From Deltaproteobacteria bacterium (GTDB lineage Bacteria; Desulfobacterota; Dissulfuribacteria; Dissulfuribacterales; JALVPX01), in NCBI GenBank assembly GCA_027023445.1, contig JALVVK010000015.1, forward strand, positions 1 through 61,837: DNA of 61,837 bases, written 5' to 3'. The translations under genes and the position numbers were made by a program. A model generated the notes under the pieces. It saw only the letters and a list, made by a program, of their open reading frames with translations. It searched no databases and was not told where the DNA came from. Positions 41,426 through 53,433 of this stretch are shown in pieces. How positions within the stretch are numbered: position 1 is the stretch's first letter; the number at the start of each line of letters is the position of its first letter.

Positions 41426-42974
41426 AGAGAACCCTGCCGGTCATGTCTCCGGGAATGGGCAGACCCATTATGCGAAGGATGGTGGGGGCCACATCGGCCA
41501 GGATGCCCCTGCGCAATGTACTTTCCCGCCGGGTGTCATCTATCAGGTAAAGCGGCACGGGAGACGTGGTATGCGCCGTGTGCGGGCCTCCATCGGTATC
41601 GATCATCATCTCGGCGTTTCCATGGTCAGCAGTAACAATTGCCGCGTATCCCCTGGCCTTCCACGCGTTCACGATCCTGCCCACACAGGAATCAACCGTA
41701 TGACAGGCCTTGATGGCAGCTGGCAGAACACCCGTATGCCCGACCATGTCCCCGTTTGCGAAATTGACTACGATCAGGGAATACCTGTCCTGTTCGATTC
41801 GCTCCATGAGCCGGTCAGCCACGGTAAAGGCACTCATTTCCGGTTTAAGGTCATATGTGGCCACCTCCCTGGGAGAGGGGACAAGGATCCTGTCCTCTCC
41901 CTCAAAGGGTGTTTCTTCCCCGCCGTTGAAAAAATACGTCACATGGGCGTACTTTTCGGTTTCCGCTATTCTCAACTGACTGAGCCCGGCCTCGCTTACC
42001 TGCTGGCCGAGTATGTGTTCCAGGTGCTCCGGTGGAAAGGCAACCGGCAGGTCAAATGTTTCGTCGTAAAGTGTCATTGTAGAGAAACCGGAAAGCCGAG
42101 GCCTGTCAGAGACATCGAATTCTGAGAATCCCTTTTCAGTAAAGGCCCTGGTAAGCTCCCTTGCGCGGTCCGCCCGGAAGTTGAAAAATATTATGCCGTC
42201 TCCGTCCCTGACCCTGGAATCCCGCCCCCCGGATTCTCCTGTGAGGATTACGGGTTTTACAAACTCGTCGGTTTCTCCCCGCTCATAGGCATCCCTGAGG
42301 GCGGCTGCCGGGTCCTGGCCATGTGCCTGGTATCCCTCGCCCCTTACCAGGGCGGCATAGGCCCGCTCCACGCGGTCCCAGCGTTTGTCACGGTCCATGG
42401 CATAAAAACGGCCGATCAGGGTGGCGATGACCGCGGAGCCGTTATCCGCAATGTACCTGTTAAGCCTTTCAATGTGTTCGGCGCCGCTGGTGGGCGGGGT
42501 GTCTCTTCCATCCAGAAAGGCATGGACATAAATCCGGTCCAGCCCGTTATCCCACGCGAGCTTCAGCAGGGCGAAAAGGTGCTCCATCTGGCTGTGCACC
42601 CCGCCGTCAGATACCAGGCCGAAAAGATGCAGGGCGCCCCCGCTGGCCTTAATCCCCCGGACAAGGGACAGGAATACCTGATTTTTAAAGAAACTCCCGT
42701 CTTTAATGGCCATGTTTATCCTGGTGAGTTCCTGATAAACAATGCGGCCGGCGCCCAGGTTCAGGTGCCCGACCTCCGAATTGCCCATTTGCCCCGCTGG
42801 CAGGCCCACGGATTCGCCGGACGCGGATACAAGTGTCAGGGGATATTCCTTTCCGTAACGGTCCAGGTTGGGGGTTTCGGCAAGCCTTGTTGCATTCCCT
42901 TCGGTCTCCTCCCTCCAGCCCCAACCGTCCATGATAACCAGCATTGTGGGTCTTATGTCACCAGGCCTGTTCAT
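41418..42974 (-). CDS. gpmI: 2,3-BPG-independent phosphoglycerate mutase
   Basis: MDGWG, MGNSEVGH, DGRD, AETEKYAHVT, NGDMVGHTG and TADHGN motifs. Confidence 0.97.
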   Translation of the reverse strand: MNRPGDIRPTMLVIMDGWGWREETEGNATRLAETPNLDRYGKEYPLTLVSASGESVGLPAGQMGNSEVGHLNLGAGRIVYQELTRINMAIKDGSFFKNQVFLSLVRGIKASGGALHLFGLVSDGGVHSQMEHLFALLKLAWDNGLDRIYVHAFLDGRDTPPTSGAEHIERLNRYIADNGSAVIATLIGRFYAMDRDKRWDRVERAYAALVRGEGYQAHGQDPAAALRDAYERGETDEFVKPVILTGESGGRDSRVRDGDGIIFFNFRADRARELTRAFTEKGFSEFDVSDRPRLSGFSTMTLYDETFDLPVAFPPEHLEHILGQQVSEAGLSQLRIAETEKYAHVTYFFNGGEETPFEGEDRILVPSPREVATYDLKPEMSAFTVADRLMERIEQDRYSLIVVNFANGDMVGHTGVLPAAIKACHTVDSCVGRIVNAWKARGYAAIVTADHGNAEMMIDTDGGPHTAHTTSPVPLYLIDDTRRESTLRRGILADVAPTILRIMGLPIPGDMTGRVLFE

Positions 42975-43354
42975 CTCGTCACCTCTTTTCCAGGCAATAT
43001 ATTGGCATCCTGATTTATTTCGACATCCATGCGCGGCGCCTGGCTCCACAACCCTTCCAGATCATAGAATTCCCTTACCGGGCCGTAAAACAGATGCACC
43101 ACCACGTCTCCATAGTCCATGAGGATCCATTTCCCCTCTTTTTCCCCTTCCAGGCCCACGCAGCGAATTCCCTTTTTCCTGAGAGCGCGGCGCATCTTGT
43201 CCGCCATGCCCTGAACATGTCTGGTAGAAAGACCGTGGGAAATTATGAAGTAGTCTGCCAGGGAGGACAGCCCCTTTACATCCAGGATTACTACGTCCTC
43301 TCCCTTGTTTCCAATGACCTCCGACGCGATCTCCTTGACTTTTTCCAAAGGCAA
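42971..43354 (-). CDS. rsfS: Ribosome silencing factor
   Basis: KGEDVVILDV, ADYFII, WILMDYGDVVVHLF and YDLEGLW motifs. Confidence 0.95.
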   Translation of the reverse strand: MPLEKVKEIASEVIGNKGEDVVILDVKGLSSLADYFIISHGLSTRHVQGMADKMRRALRKKGIRCVGLEGEKEGKWILMDYGDVVVHLFYGPVREFYDLEGLWSQAPRMDVEINQDANILPGKEVTR

Positions 43355-43391
43355 TCTCCTTGTTAAAATCTGCCTGACCCGGGTTTTAGAG

Positions 43392-43430
43392 CAATATCAA
43401 ATGGTAAATGTTGAATGTTAAATTGCAGAT
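43392..43430. repeat. Partial AATGTTA-type repeat arm
   Basis: AATATCA-AATGGTA-AATGTTG-AATGTTA-AATTG. Confidence 0.6.
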
Positions 43431-43475
43431 GGCAACCTGCTGCATGCCGTAACCAGGGCGTCAACAGATAGCCGG

Positions 43476-44150
43476 TCACCGGGTGTATAGGCCGTGTTTT
43501 TCAATATATGTTAAGACCTGTTCCGGTAAAAGGAAGCGGACAGAGCGCCCTTTTCTGAGTCTTTCCCTGATATCCGTAGAGGATATCTCAAGGGATGTGA
43601 CCCTGAAAAGCACTATATCGCCCTTTCCCGACGCGCTGTAAACCCGGCCGTTATCTTTCAGAACATGGGAGGGAAAGGCCTTTTGAACCACATCCCTTAC
43701 CTTGTCCCGGCAGGCCCCGCTCCTGCCCATGACCACAATATGGGCATAGTCTGTCAGATGATTATAGTCCTTCCATGTCTGAATATCCACGAAGGCGTCA
43801 GAACCCATGATGAAATATATGCCGATATTTTTATCCAGCCTGCTCCTTAGAAGCCTGAGGGTATCAATGGAAAAAGAAGGGCCGGGGCGTTCGGCCTCAA
43901 GGCCGCAGGCCCTGAAATGTCTGACAGGGGCCACCGCGGCCTGTACCATGGAAAAACGGTGATGAAACGGGGTCAGCGCCCCGTGCTGTTTGTGTGGCGG
44001 ACAGGCGGCAGGCGCGAACCAGACTTCGCTCAGCCCAAGGCCCTCCCAGACCTCTTCCGCGGAGCGGAGGTGGCCTATATGTACAGGGTCAAGGGTGCCC
44101 CCAAGGAAACCTATCCCGGGCGTGCCTTTCTGTTCACCGGGCTCAACCAC
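43476..44150 (-). CDS. nadD: Nicotinate-nucleotide adenylyltransferase
   Basis: GGTLDPVHIGH, PPHK, FIMGSD and ISSTDIR motifs. Confidence 0.95.
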   Translation of the reverse strand: MVEPGEQKGTPGIGFLGGTLDPVHIGHLRSAEEVWEGLGLSEVWFAPAACPPHKQHGALTPFHHRFSMVQAAVAPVRHFRACGLEAERPGPSFSIDTLRLLRSRLDKNIGIYFIMGSDAFVDIQTWKDYNHLTDYAHIVVMGRSGACRDKVRDVVQKAFPSHVLKDNGRVYSASGKGDIVLFRVTSLEISSTDIRERLRKGRSVRFLLPEQVLTYIEKHGLYTR

Positions 44151-45409
44151 TAAGACCTTACCTGTCCGTCCCCGTAGGCAATAAACTTGGTGGTGGTAAG
44201 TTCCTCCAGCCCCATCGGTCCGTAGGCGTGAAGTTTGGATGTGCTGATTCCGATTTCCGCCCCGAGACCGAGCTGGCCGCCGTCATTGAATCTCGTGGAC
44301 GCGTTCGCAAGGACCAGGGAGGCATCCACCTCGGCCACAAATCTCCTGGCCCTGGCATAATCCCTGGTTACAATGGCCTCCGTATGGTTGGATCCGTACT
44401 TGGCTATATAGTCCATGGCCTGTTCCATGGAATCAACCACCCTGACGGCAAGAACCAGATCAAGGAATTCCCTGCCCCAGTCATCTTCCGAGGCTGCCTT
44501 TGCATCCGGAAGAATGCCGCAGGTAACAGGGCACCCCCTGATTTCAACACCTGCCTTGCTGAACGCCTCAGCCATAACGGGCAGGAATTCCTTGGCAACA
44601 TCCCTGTGCACCAGCATGCCCTCCATGGCATTGCATACCCCGGGCCTCTGCACCTTGGAATTGAAGCAGATGTCCCTTGCCATCTCAAGATCCGCGCCCC
44701 TGTCCACATACACATGGCACACGCCCTTGTAATGTTTCAGCACCGGGATCCTGGAATTTTCCGTAACAAAGCGTATAAGCCCCTCCCCGCCCCTGGGGAT
44801 AATGACATCTATTTCTTCCTCCCTTTTCAGGAGTTCGGTCACCGCATCCCGGTCCGTGGTGGGCACAACCTGGACGGCCTTTCCGTTCACGGAAAACTTG
44901 TCCAGTGCCCTCTGCATGATACCGGCAAGGGCCAGGTTGGAATGCAGGGCATCAGAGCCTCCCCTCAGCAGCACCGCGTTGCCCGCCTTGAGACACAGGC
45001 CTGCGGCGTCAATGGTGACATTGGGCCGGGATTCAAAGATCATGCAGATGACTCCCAGCGGAACCCTCACTTTGCCCACAGTAAGACCATTTGGACGTTT
45101 CCACATTTTCGGAATCTCGCCCACCGGGTCAGGCAGGGTGGCCACCTCCCTCAGGCCTCCAGCCATGGATTCAATGACCTTGTCAGAAAGAGTGAGCCGG
45201 TCAATAAAAGCGGAAGAAAGCCCCTTCTGCCTGGCCGCCTTGAGGTCCTTTTCATTCTCGGCCTGCAGCATCCCCCTGGATGTGAGGATCATGTCCGCTG
45301 TCCACAGCAGGACCCTGTTTTTTACAGATGTGGAAAGCCCCGCCACATCTCGTGCCGCCCTTCTGGCATCCTTTGCCATATCCGCGATTATGTTTTTTAT
45401 TTCCCCCAT
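44150..45409 (-). CDS. proA: Gamma-glutamyl phosphate reductase
   Basis: [32 protein letters not shown] and GAEIGIST motifs. Confidence 0.97.
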   Translation of the reverse strand: MGEIKNIIADMAKDARRAARDVAGLSTSVKNRVLLWTADMILTSRGMLQAENEKDLKAARQKGLSSAFIDRLTLSDKVIESMAGGLREVATLPDPVGEIPKMWKRPNGLTVGKVRVPLGVICMIFESRPNVTIDAAGLCLKAGNAVLLRGGSDALHSNLALAGIMQRALDKFSVNGKAVQVVPTTDRDAVTELLKREEEIDVIIPRGGEGLIRFVTENSRIPVLKHYKGVCHVYVDRGADLEMARDICFNSKVQRPGVCNAMEGMLVHRDVAKEFLPVMAEAFSKAGVEIRGCPVTCGILPDAKAASEDDWGREFLDLVLAVRVVDSMEQAMDYIAKYGSNHTEAIVTRDYARARRFVAEVDASLVLANASTRFNDGGQLGLGAEIGISTSKLHAYGPMGLEELTTTKFIAYGDGQVRS

Positions 45410-45455
45410 CAAAATCCTCCCGTCATATTTTAAGGGGAATATACATTTCCCCGGT

Positions 45456-45542
45456 TTATCAGAAAATGCATTTTTTTGATTAGTTATGGACACACAAGGA
45501 CATACATGGACAAAAGGCAAAATGTTTCCAGGGGCGCATTTT
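45456..45542. repeat. About 85-bp repeat, inverted copy of 34754-34840
   Basis: ATGGACACACAAGGACAT..ACATGGACAAAA..CAAAATGTT.CCAGG shared with the other copy. Confidence 0.8.
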
Positions 45543-45717
45543 CATGCTTCGTTGTGCCCGCCCCGGGAATGACCGCTACCATGAAAACAGTTCAAGGCCG
45601 AAAGCTTAAGGCAAAAGATGGTAAAAACCAATTTTATTTTTAAATTCAGCAAATTGCAACAATTTATCACCTTGATTTATCATTAACCATTAACAATTAA
45701 CCATTAACAATTTAACA
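45538..45717. repeat. Composite REP-like repeat
   Basis: ATTTTCATGC...CCATGAAAA hairpin, AGTTCAA/AGCTTAA heptamers, then TTAACCA-TTAACAA runs. Confidence 0.65.
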
Positions 45718-45730
45718 GATCCGTCTCACG

Positions 45731-47916
<2,186 letters not shown>

Positions 47917-48034
47917 TCATTTACCGTAAAAAGGTTTTAAGGGTGTTAGGCTTGAAGTGTTCATGAAGGGAAAGGGGAAACAGTTTCTGCCCGCTGAAAT
48001 AGCGGAAAAAGCATTTTTTATGTTTTCAGGGGAC

Positions 48035-48074
48035 AAAAAACAACAAGTTGCAGCCCATTAATACGGGCCGCAAC
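48035..48074 (-). terminator. Probable intrinsic terminator after rpmA
   Basis: Minus strand GTTGCGGCCC-loop-GGGCTGCAAC followed by TTGTTGTTTTTT. Confidence 0.6.
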
Positions 48075-48118
48075 CTGCCGCCATGATCTGTCTTGCTGAT
48101 TAAAAACAGGAAGGGGAG

Positions 48119-48379
48119 TTATGCCGCCTGAACCGGATACACGCTGACGCGTTGACGGTTACGCACGACCTCGAACTTCACCACCCCGTCTATCTTGGAA
48201 AAAAGGGTGTAATCTCTGCCAATCCCCACATTATTGCCAGGATGAAAACGGGTTCCAAGCTGCCGGACAAGGATGTTCCCGGCCCTTACCTTCTGGCCAC
48301 CATACCGCTTTACTCCACGGCGCTGTCCTTTACTGTCACGACCATTGCGAGAGCTTCCACCTGCCTTCTTATGTGCCAT
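48119..48379 (-). CDS. rpmA: 50S ribosomal protein L27
   Basis: [17 protein letters not shown]-terminus. Confidence 0.98.
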   Translation of the reverse strand: MAHKKAGGSSRNGRDSKGQRRGVKRYGGQKVRAGNILVRQLGTRFHPGNNVGIGRDYTLFSKIDGVVKFEVVRNRQRVSVYPVQAA

Positions 48380-48393
48380 TTGACTCTCCTCCC

Positions 48394-48705
48394 TTAACCG
48401 GTAATTTCCTTCACCTCAAGAGAGGTGTAGGGCTGGCGGTGACCCCGCTTTACCTTATAACCCTGGCGGCGTTTCTTTTTCATCACCACTACCTTCCTGC
48501 CCTTGCCATGTTCCAGTACTTCGGCCTTGACAACCATGCCATCTATAATGGGCCGCCCGACCTTTACATCAGAACCGTCGGAGTAAAGCAGAACCTCGTT
48601 CAGCTCCACCTGCGCGCCCACATCGGCGTTTATCTTCTCAACCCGGAATACCTCTCCGGGAGATACCCTGTACTGTTTGCCGCCTGTTTTAATAACCGCG
48701 TACAT
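48394..48705 (-). CDS. rplU: 50S ribosomal protein L21
   Basis: [12 protein letters not shown] and GHRQ motifs. Confidence 0.98.
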   Translation of the reverse strand: MYAVIKTGGKQYRVSPGEVFRVEKINADVGAQVELNEVLLYSDGSDVKVGRPIIDGMVVKAEVLEHGKGRKVVVMKKKRRQGYKVKRGHRQPYTSLEVKEITG

Positions 48706-48910
48706 TATGCCTCCACATACCTGCCATAAAATGTGTTTAAAATTTAGATGAAAAGACCTCCAGGATCAAGCCCGGAAGCAGCGCACAAAATTAACATCTG
48801 TGTAGATTATGTCAAGATTTTTCGTCACTGAATTCCAAAAACCTTGCTTTTACGCGGTATTACTGGTTGATGACCTTGCAAAAAGCCTTTTCTCACGCAG
48901 CGGCACCTTT

Positions 48911-49072
48911 AACCGTGAAAATATAATGTTAAATGGTAAATGCTGAATGTTAAATTAAGGTACAAGGTTATTATATCTTTCTGAATTTAATAAAAATCTG
49001 TTTGCCACAATTTACCATTTATCATTCAACATTTTCATGCTTTGGGGTGCGAAGCACCACTTGGCATGAAAG
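48911..49072. repeat. Full-length REP-like repeat, AATGTTA variant
   Basis: ACCGTGAAAAT, heptamer arms, then TTTTCATGC..GGTGCGAAGCACC..GCATGAAA; inverted homologue at 58940-59110. Confidence 0.88.
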
Positions 49073-49349
49073 TCTGAGTTTAATAACAATAGACTACTTT
49101 TGACTCCTTTGCGAGCTTTGCGCCTTTGCGTGATATTTTGTTTTTCTTGTGAAATCGTGAGGTTTTTACCCCGTGCGGGGTGAGACGAAGACCTCAGTGA
49201 AACGGGAGTATACAGAAAAAACCTTTTGCGCTAAACTTGATAAGTGATAATCATCCGGCTGGCGGCCCTGGACATAAACCCGGGATAAAATCCGCTCATG
49301 GATCACGGTTCACAGGTCACGGACTTGATTTATCCGGAGTTTTCCGCGC

Positions 49350-49814
49350 ATGGACAGCATAACGGTTGCACAATTTTTAAAAAAACTCCCTGCTGACCGC
49401 CTCTCCCCCGTTGTGGAATCCGGGTCAACACTGGAAGACGTGGTAAGGGCCATGGTCAGGGGGTATGGCAGACGTGTGGTATATATCACGGATACAGAAG
49501 GGGCTCTTGTGGGGGGCATTACGCTTAATTACTTGAAAAATTTGATATTACGCTATCGCCTTGGAAACAGTCTGGGAGACTCCGGGGTATTGACCGAAAA
49601 GGTCGCGGAGGTTTTCTGGTGTGAAAAGGCCGCGGACTGCATGGAAACAGACATCCCTGTCTGCCGTCGTCATGAGCCGCTTTCATCTGCGATTGACCGC
49701 ATGTTAGAGTACGATACCACGGATATCCCTGTAGTGGACCGCAACAACAGGATACTGGCCTCCATAGACATCCTTGACATCATGCATCTGTGGCTCAGGG
49801 GTGGGATGGACTGA
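49350..49814 (+). CDS. CBS-pair domain protein
   Basis: TLEDVVRAM..VYITDTEGALVGGIT and IPVVDRNNRILASIDILDI. Confidence 0.8.
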   Translation: MDSITVAQFLKKLPADRLSPVVESGSTLEDVVRAMVRGYGRRVVYITDTEGALVGGITLNYLKNLILRYRLGNSLGDSGVLTEKVAEVFWCEKAADCMETDIPVCRRHEPLSSAIDRMLEYDTTDIPVVDRNNRILASIDILDIMHLWLRGGMD

Positions 49815-49817
49815 AAC

Positions 49818-51041
49818 ATGGTAGAAAATCCGCTTCTTGCAGCTGGCATCCTGATGCTTCTCGCTTTCTGGGGCGGCAGGGCGGCCAATGCGGTCAAACT
49901 TCCAAGGGTAAGCGGTTATCTCCTGTCAGGCATTATTCTCAGTCCCTCTCTTACCGGGATCCTGTCCCACCACCTTGTGGATCAGGATCTACAGGTTATC
50001 ACGGAAATCGCCCTCGCGATAATAGCCTATTCCATTGGCGGAAGCCTGGATTACAGGCGTCTCAGGCATCTTGGAAAAATTATCCTCTGGATTACCATAT
50101 TACAGGCAGCAGGGGCGTTCCTGGTCACAGCCACCGTGCTGGTGCCGGTTTTACCGGCCATAACCGGGCTGCCAGCCGGAAAGGAACAGGTGTTTCAGGC
50201 ATTTTTGCCCATGGCCCTGGTAATGGGAGCCATATCCGCGGCAACCGCCCCTGGAGCGGTCCTTGCCATAATCTCGGAATTGCGGGCAAGCGGGCCGTTT
50301 ACCACAACACTGCTTGGAGTCATCGCCCTGGATGACGCGCTTACCATTATACTGTTCGCAGTGGCGGGCACCGTTGCCCATGGCCTTATCAGCCCTGACG
50401 GCATGGAAATAGCGCATCTTATACGCATGCCGGCAATGGAAATAGGGCTTTCCCTCGCGCTTGGAATTCTGTGTGGTTTTGCGCTCAAGCACATGGGCAG
50501 AATCACCCATCGTGGTGAGTCCGCCATCATGGTGGTGTTAGGCACGCTGTTTCTCGCCGCCGGAGCGGCTGTTGCCTTGCATGCCTCACCACTGTTAACA
50601 AGCATGACCATCGGTTTTTTCCTGGTCAACATGGACCGGGGCCATCATGTGCTCTTTGAATCCATTGAAAAGATAGAAGAGCCGGTGTTCGGACTTTTTT
50701 TCGCGCTCGCAGGGGCGCATCTGGATCTTTCCGTGATTAAAACCGCCGGTGTTCTCGCCGTTATCATACTGTTTTCCCGCATAGTCGGCAAACAGGTGGG
50801 GGCGCTTGCCGGTGCGAAGATATCCGGCGCATCCAGGGAGGTCAGACGCTATCTTGGGTTTGCCCTTTTTCCCCAGGCAGGCGTCACAATCGGCCTGGTG
50901 CTGGCGGCGCGGGATATCTTCCCGCCGCACCTGGCAGAGATAATGATAAATGGCGTGGTGGGAACCGTGATTATAAACGAGATAGTTTCTCCTCCCCTTT
51001 TAAAATACTGTCTTCATAAGGCAAAAGAGGTTAAAATTTAA
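49818..51041 (+). CDS. Cation:proton antiporter (CPA2-like)
   Basis: Many TM segments; LPRVSGYLLSGI, ATAP, ALDDA, FFALAGA and PQAGVTIGL motifs. Confidence 0.9.
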   Translation: MVENPLLAAGILMLLAFWGGRAANAVKLPRVSGYLLSGIILSPSLTGILSHHLVDQDLQVITEIALAIIAYSIGGSLDYRRLRHLGKIILWITILQAAGAFLVTATVLVPVLPAITGLPAGKEQVFQAFLPMALVMGAISAATAPGAVLAIISELRASGPFTTTLLGVIALDDALTIILFAVAGTVAHGLISPDGMEIAHLIRMPAMEIGLSLALGILCGFALKHMGRITHRGESAIMVVLGTLFLAAGAAVALHASPLLTSMTIGFFLVNMDRGHHVLFESIEKIEEPVFGLFFALAGAHLDLSVIKTAGVLAVIILFSRIVGKQVGALAGAKISGASREVRRYLGFALFPQAGVTIGLVLAARDIFPPHLAEIMINGVVGTVIINEIVSPPLLKYCLHKAKEVKI

Positions 51042-51063
51042 TCACGAATTTACAGGTGGCACC

Positions 51064-51501
51064 ATGGGGAAAAAGATTAGGGAAATACTCAACAGGGTCC
51101 CTGAACATTCCTACATACAGGTCCCTGAAAACGCGTGTGTTGAGAGCGTGGCCGAAGAGATGTCTAAAAAACCTGGGATAAGAATAAGTTATGTGGTAGA
51201 TGAAGAAGGAAGGCTTAAAGGGACCCTGTCCCTGGGCTGCCTCATCAGAAATCTTACGGCCAAAAGGCACCGGCCCCGCTTTCATAAGCGCTCCATCATA
51301 GAGAGCATTACCTGCCGTAGGATCGGGGATATAATGGAGCGGGACGTGCTTTACACACGGGTGGACGATGATATTGAGAATGTGCTTGACCTTATGCTGG
51401 AAAACAACATCAAGGACATCCCCGTTCTGGATAGAGAAGGGAAAATTATAAGCAATATCGGGTTGCTCGACCTGTGGAGGCTTTCCGGGCATACTGGTTG
51501 A
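51064..51501 (+). CDS. CBS-pair domain protein
   Basis: YVVDEEGRLKGTLS, DIMERDV and IPVLDREGKII motifs. Confidence 0.85.
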   Translation: MGKKIREILNRVPEHSYIQVPENACVESVAEEMSKKPGIRISYVVDEEGRLKGTLSLGCLIRNLTAKRHRPRFHKRSIIESITCRRIGDIMERDVLYTRVDDDIENVLDLMLENNIKDIPVLDREGKIISNIGLLDLWRLSGHTG

Positions 51502-51526
51502 TCCGCGCAGATGAAAGGGCTGCATA

Positions 51527-52156
51527 ATGAGACGCTACAGACGCAAATACTACGATTTTTTCTCCCATTTCTATGATTGGATCATCAACCTGCATTCAAA
51601 GGACAGGAGTCTTTCTCTCAGGCATTACCTGGCGAAAAAAACCGGGGCCAGGGATGGCGACACGGTCCTTGATCTTTGTACCGGGACCGGGTCCGTGGCG
51701 ACGGTCATGTCAGAATACGTACCCAAGGGAATGGTCGTGGGCGCGGATTTTTCCATGGGTATGCTGATAAAGGCCAGGGAAAAAGCACGGAGGAAGGGTC
51801 TTAAAAACGTCTTTTTCGTGGCCGCCGACGCGGCCAGCCTGCCTTTCAGGCCAGATGCCTTTGACGTGGTAACCTGTTCCCATGCCATATACGAGCTTAC
51901 CGGGCAGACGAGAAAGTTCGCGTTAGAAGAAATAAAACGCGTACTCAGGCGCGGCGCTCCATTCTGCATGATGGAACACGAGGAGCCCAGGCAGCCTGTT
52001 ATCAGATTCCTGTATCACCTGAGGCTTCGTTCCATGGGCAGGGAGGGCCGTCAGATAGTCAAAAACGAAATGCAGGAACTTAAATCAATATTCAGTGAGG
52101 CGACCAGGGAAATCACGTCAACAGGAAAAACCAAGCTCATATGCGCGCGAAAGTAG
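51527..52156 (+). CDS. Class I SAM-dependent methyltransferase (UbiE-like)
   Basis: VLDLCTGTG, GADFS.GML, DAASLPF..FDVV and EIKRVL motifs. Confidence 0.88.
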   Translation: MRRYRRKYYDFFSHFYDWIINLHSKDRSLSLRHYLAKKTGARDGDTVLDLCTGTGSVATVMSEYVPKGMVVGADFSMGMLIKAREKARRKGLKNVFFVAADAASLPFRPDAFDVVTCSHAIYELTGQTRKFALEEIKRVLRRGAPFCMMEHEEPRQPVIRFLYHLRLRSMGREGRQIVKNEMQELKSIFSEATREITSTGKTKLICARK

Positions 52157-52437
52157 CGGATTGACATTCACCCGCAGAGCCATCACCAAGACCTGTGAGC
52201 CATATGCCCCATCACGCATGAGCAGGGACAAAAATTTTGCTTTGGAGGCTGTTTCTGGTGCCCTCTTCCATCTGGAACAGAAAGTCCTGCTTCATCATTT
52301 TCCGGCCCGCGCCTTAAAGGAACGAGCCATCCATTCATAATTCATAGAGGAAATGATCTGTGTCCGTCTGTGCAAATCCGTGTCCCATTTTTTCTGCGGG
52401 CACATATATTCTTTTCGCGGTCTTGGGGTCAACTGAG

Positions 52438-52525
52438 GGAAGGCCCTGTACGGGAAAGCCGTATACTCGGTTTGATGAGGGAGCCTTGATGAAAGGCAGA
52501 ACTTTGGTGAGATTAACCCACTCTC
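52438..52525 (+). mobile_element. Degenerate group II intron 3' fragment (domain V and part of VI)
   Basis: GGAAGGCCCTGTACGGGAAAGCCGTATACTCGGTTTGATGAGGG resembles the domain V pattern GGAAAGCCGTGTACGGGAAAACCGTACGCACGGTTTGATGAGGG; no RT ORF nearby. Confidence 0.7.
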
Positions 52526-53166
52526 AGGATGGGCTGTTTTCCATCCATTCGATGAGCCAGGTTCAGCCAGTCGATTTCATGCAGGTTCTGCACAAGACCA
52601 TTCAGGTACCCCATTTTTACGGCCTGCCTGCGTTTCGCCCTGTCCTTTATTCCATGGAAGGGAAGCATTGCATTAATGGCCTTGTTTTTATACCGCTCAA
52701 TGGGGGTGAGAACGTCTTTCCTCCTGGTGTAATAGGGATCTTCTCCAGGAGAGCATGAACGGTTGAACACGTTAAAATGCCTGCATGCCAGGGGCCTCAT
52801 GGCATGGACACCGCATATTCCGTCCAGCAGGAAGGGGCAGGGTTTCCCTGGGTGAAAATCCGTGAGCTGTTTTTTGATTATTCTGCGTTCATCGCCCATT
52901 ATCTTTTCAATGACATACCAGTAAAGACCAACAAGCTCCAGTGGATAAACCGGAATTGTAAAGTGGATTTCGCAACAACTGGAACAGCCCTTTGCGCAGG
53001 CAAGGGTCTCCCCCCTGGCCAGTCTTTTCTTTATTCCCTCATGGATCCCCTTGTCCGCAATATAGTAGGCGTCAAGAAGCATGGAGAGCCATCCCAGCCT
53101 TTCCTCATCATGCGGAAAGGAAAGACGGATTGGCTTTGGCATATCTGTCTTGATTTTTTTATTCAT
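52513..53166 (-). CDS. YkgJ family cysteine-cluster protein
   Basis: CAKGCSSCC, CPFLLDGIC.VH..RPLACR motifs. Confidence 0.88.
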   Translation of the reverse strand: MNKKIKTDMPKPIRLSFPHDEERLGWLSMLLDAYYIADKGIHEGIKKRLARGETLACAKGCSSCCEIHFTIPVYPLELVGLYWYVIEKIMGDERRIIKKQLTDFHPGKPCPFLLDGICGVHAMRPLACRHFNVFNRSCSPGEDPYYTRRKDVLTPIERYKNKAINAMLPFHGIKDRAKRRQAVKMGYLNGLVQNLHEIDWLNLAHRMDGKQPILRVG

Positions 53167-53433
53167 TTTCCCCCCTCCCACACACAATATCAATAGACCC
53201 CATGCCGTCCGGTTTTTGTGCTTCTCTCCTGACCAACCGTAACAGAATGATTAAAAAATATATCAGCGGACGCACAGGCGTACAAGAAGCAAACGCTGAT
53301 GAAACATTGTCCTCCCAGGCAGGTGTCTGCGTTTACAGATTTTTTAAAAATGATACCATTTAATTGGATACATCTTCCGTGAATGTTTAACTTTATAAAA
53401 TACAGGGGAAAATGGCGTTTTCGGAGGCAATCC

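Noticed and set aside
43994-45433. 479-aa plus-strand ORF
   Set aside because: Antisense shadow of proA with no motif; the same applies to the many short antisense ORFs in the track
49099-49210. Short 9-nt-periodic CTTTGCG run and ACCCCGTGCGGGGT palindrome
   Set aside because: Single short occurrences in this window; probably other dispersed repeat fragments, but not supportable here
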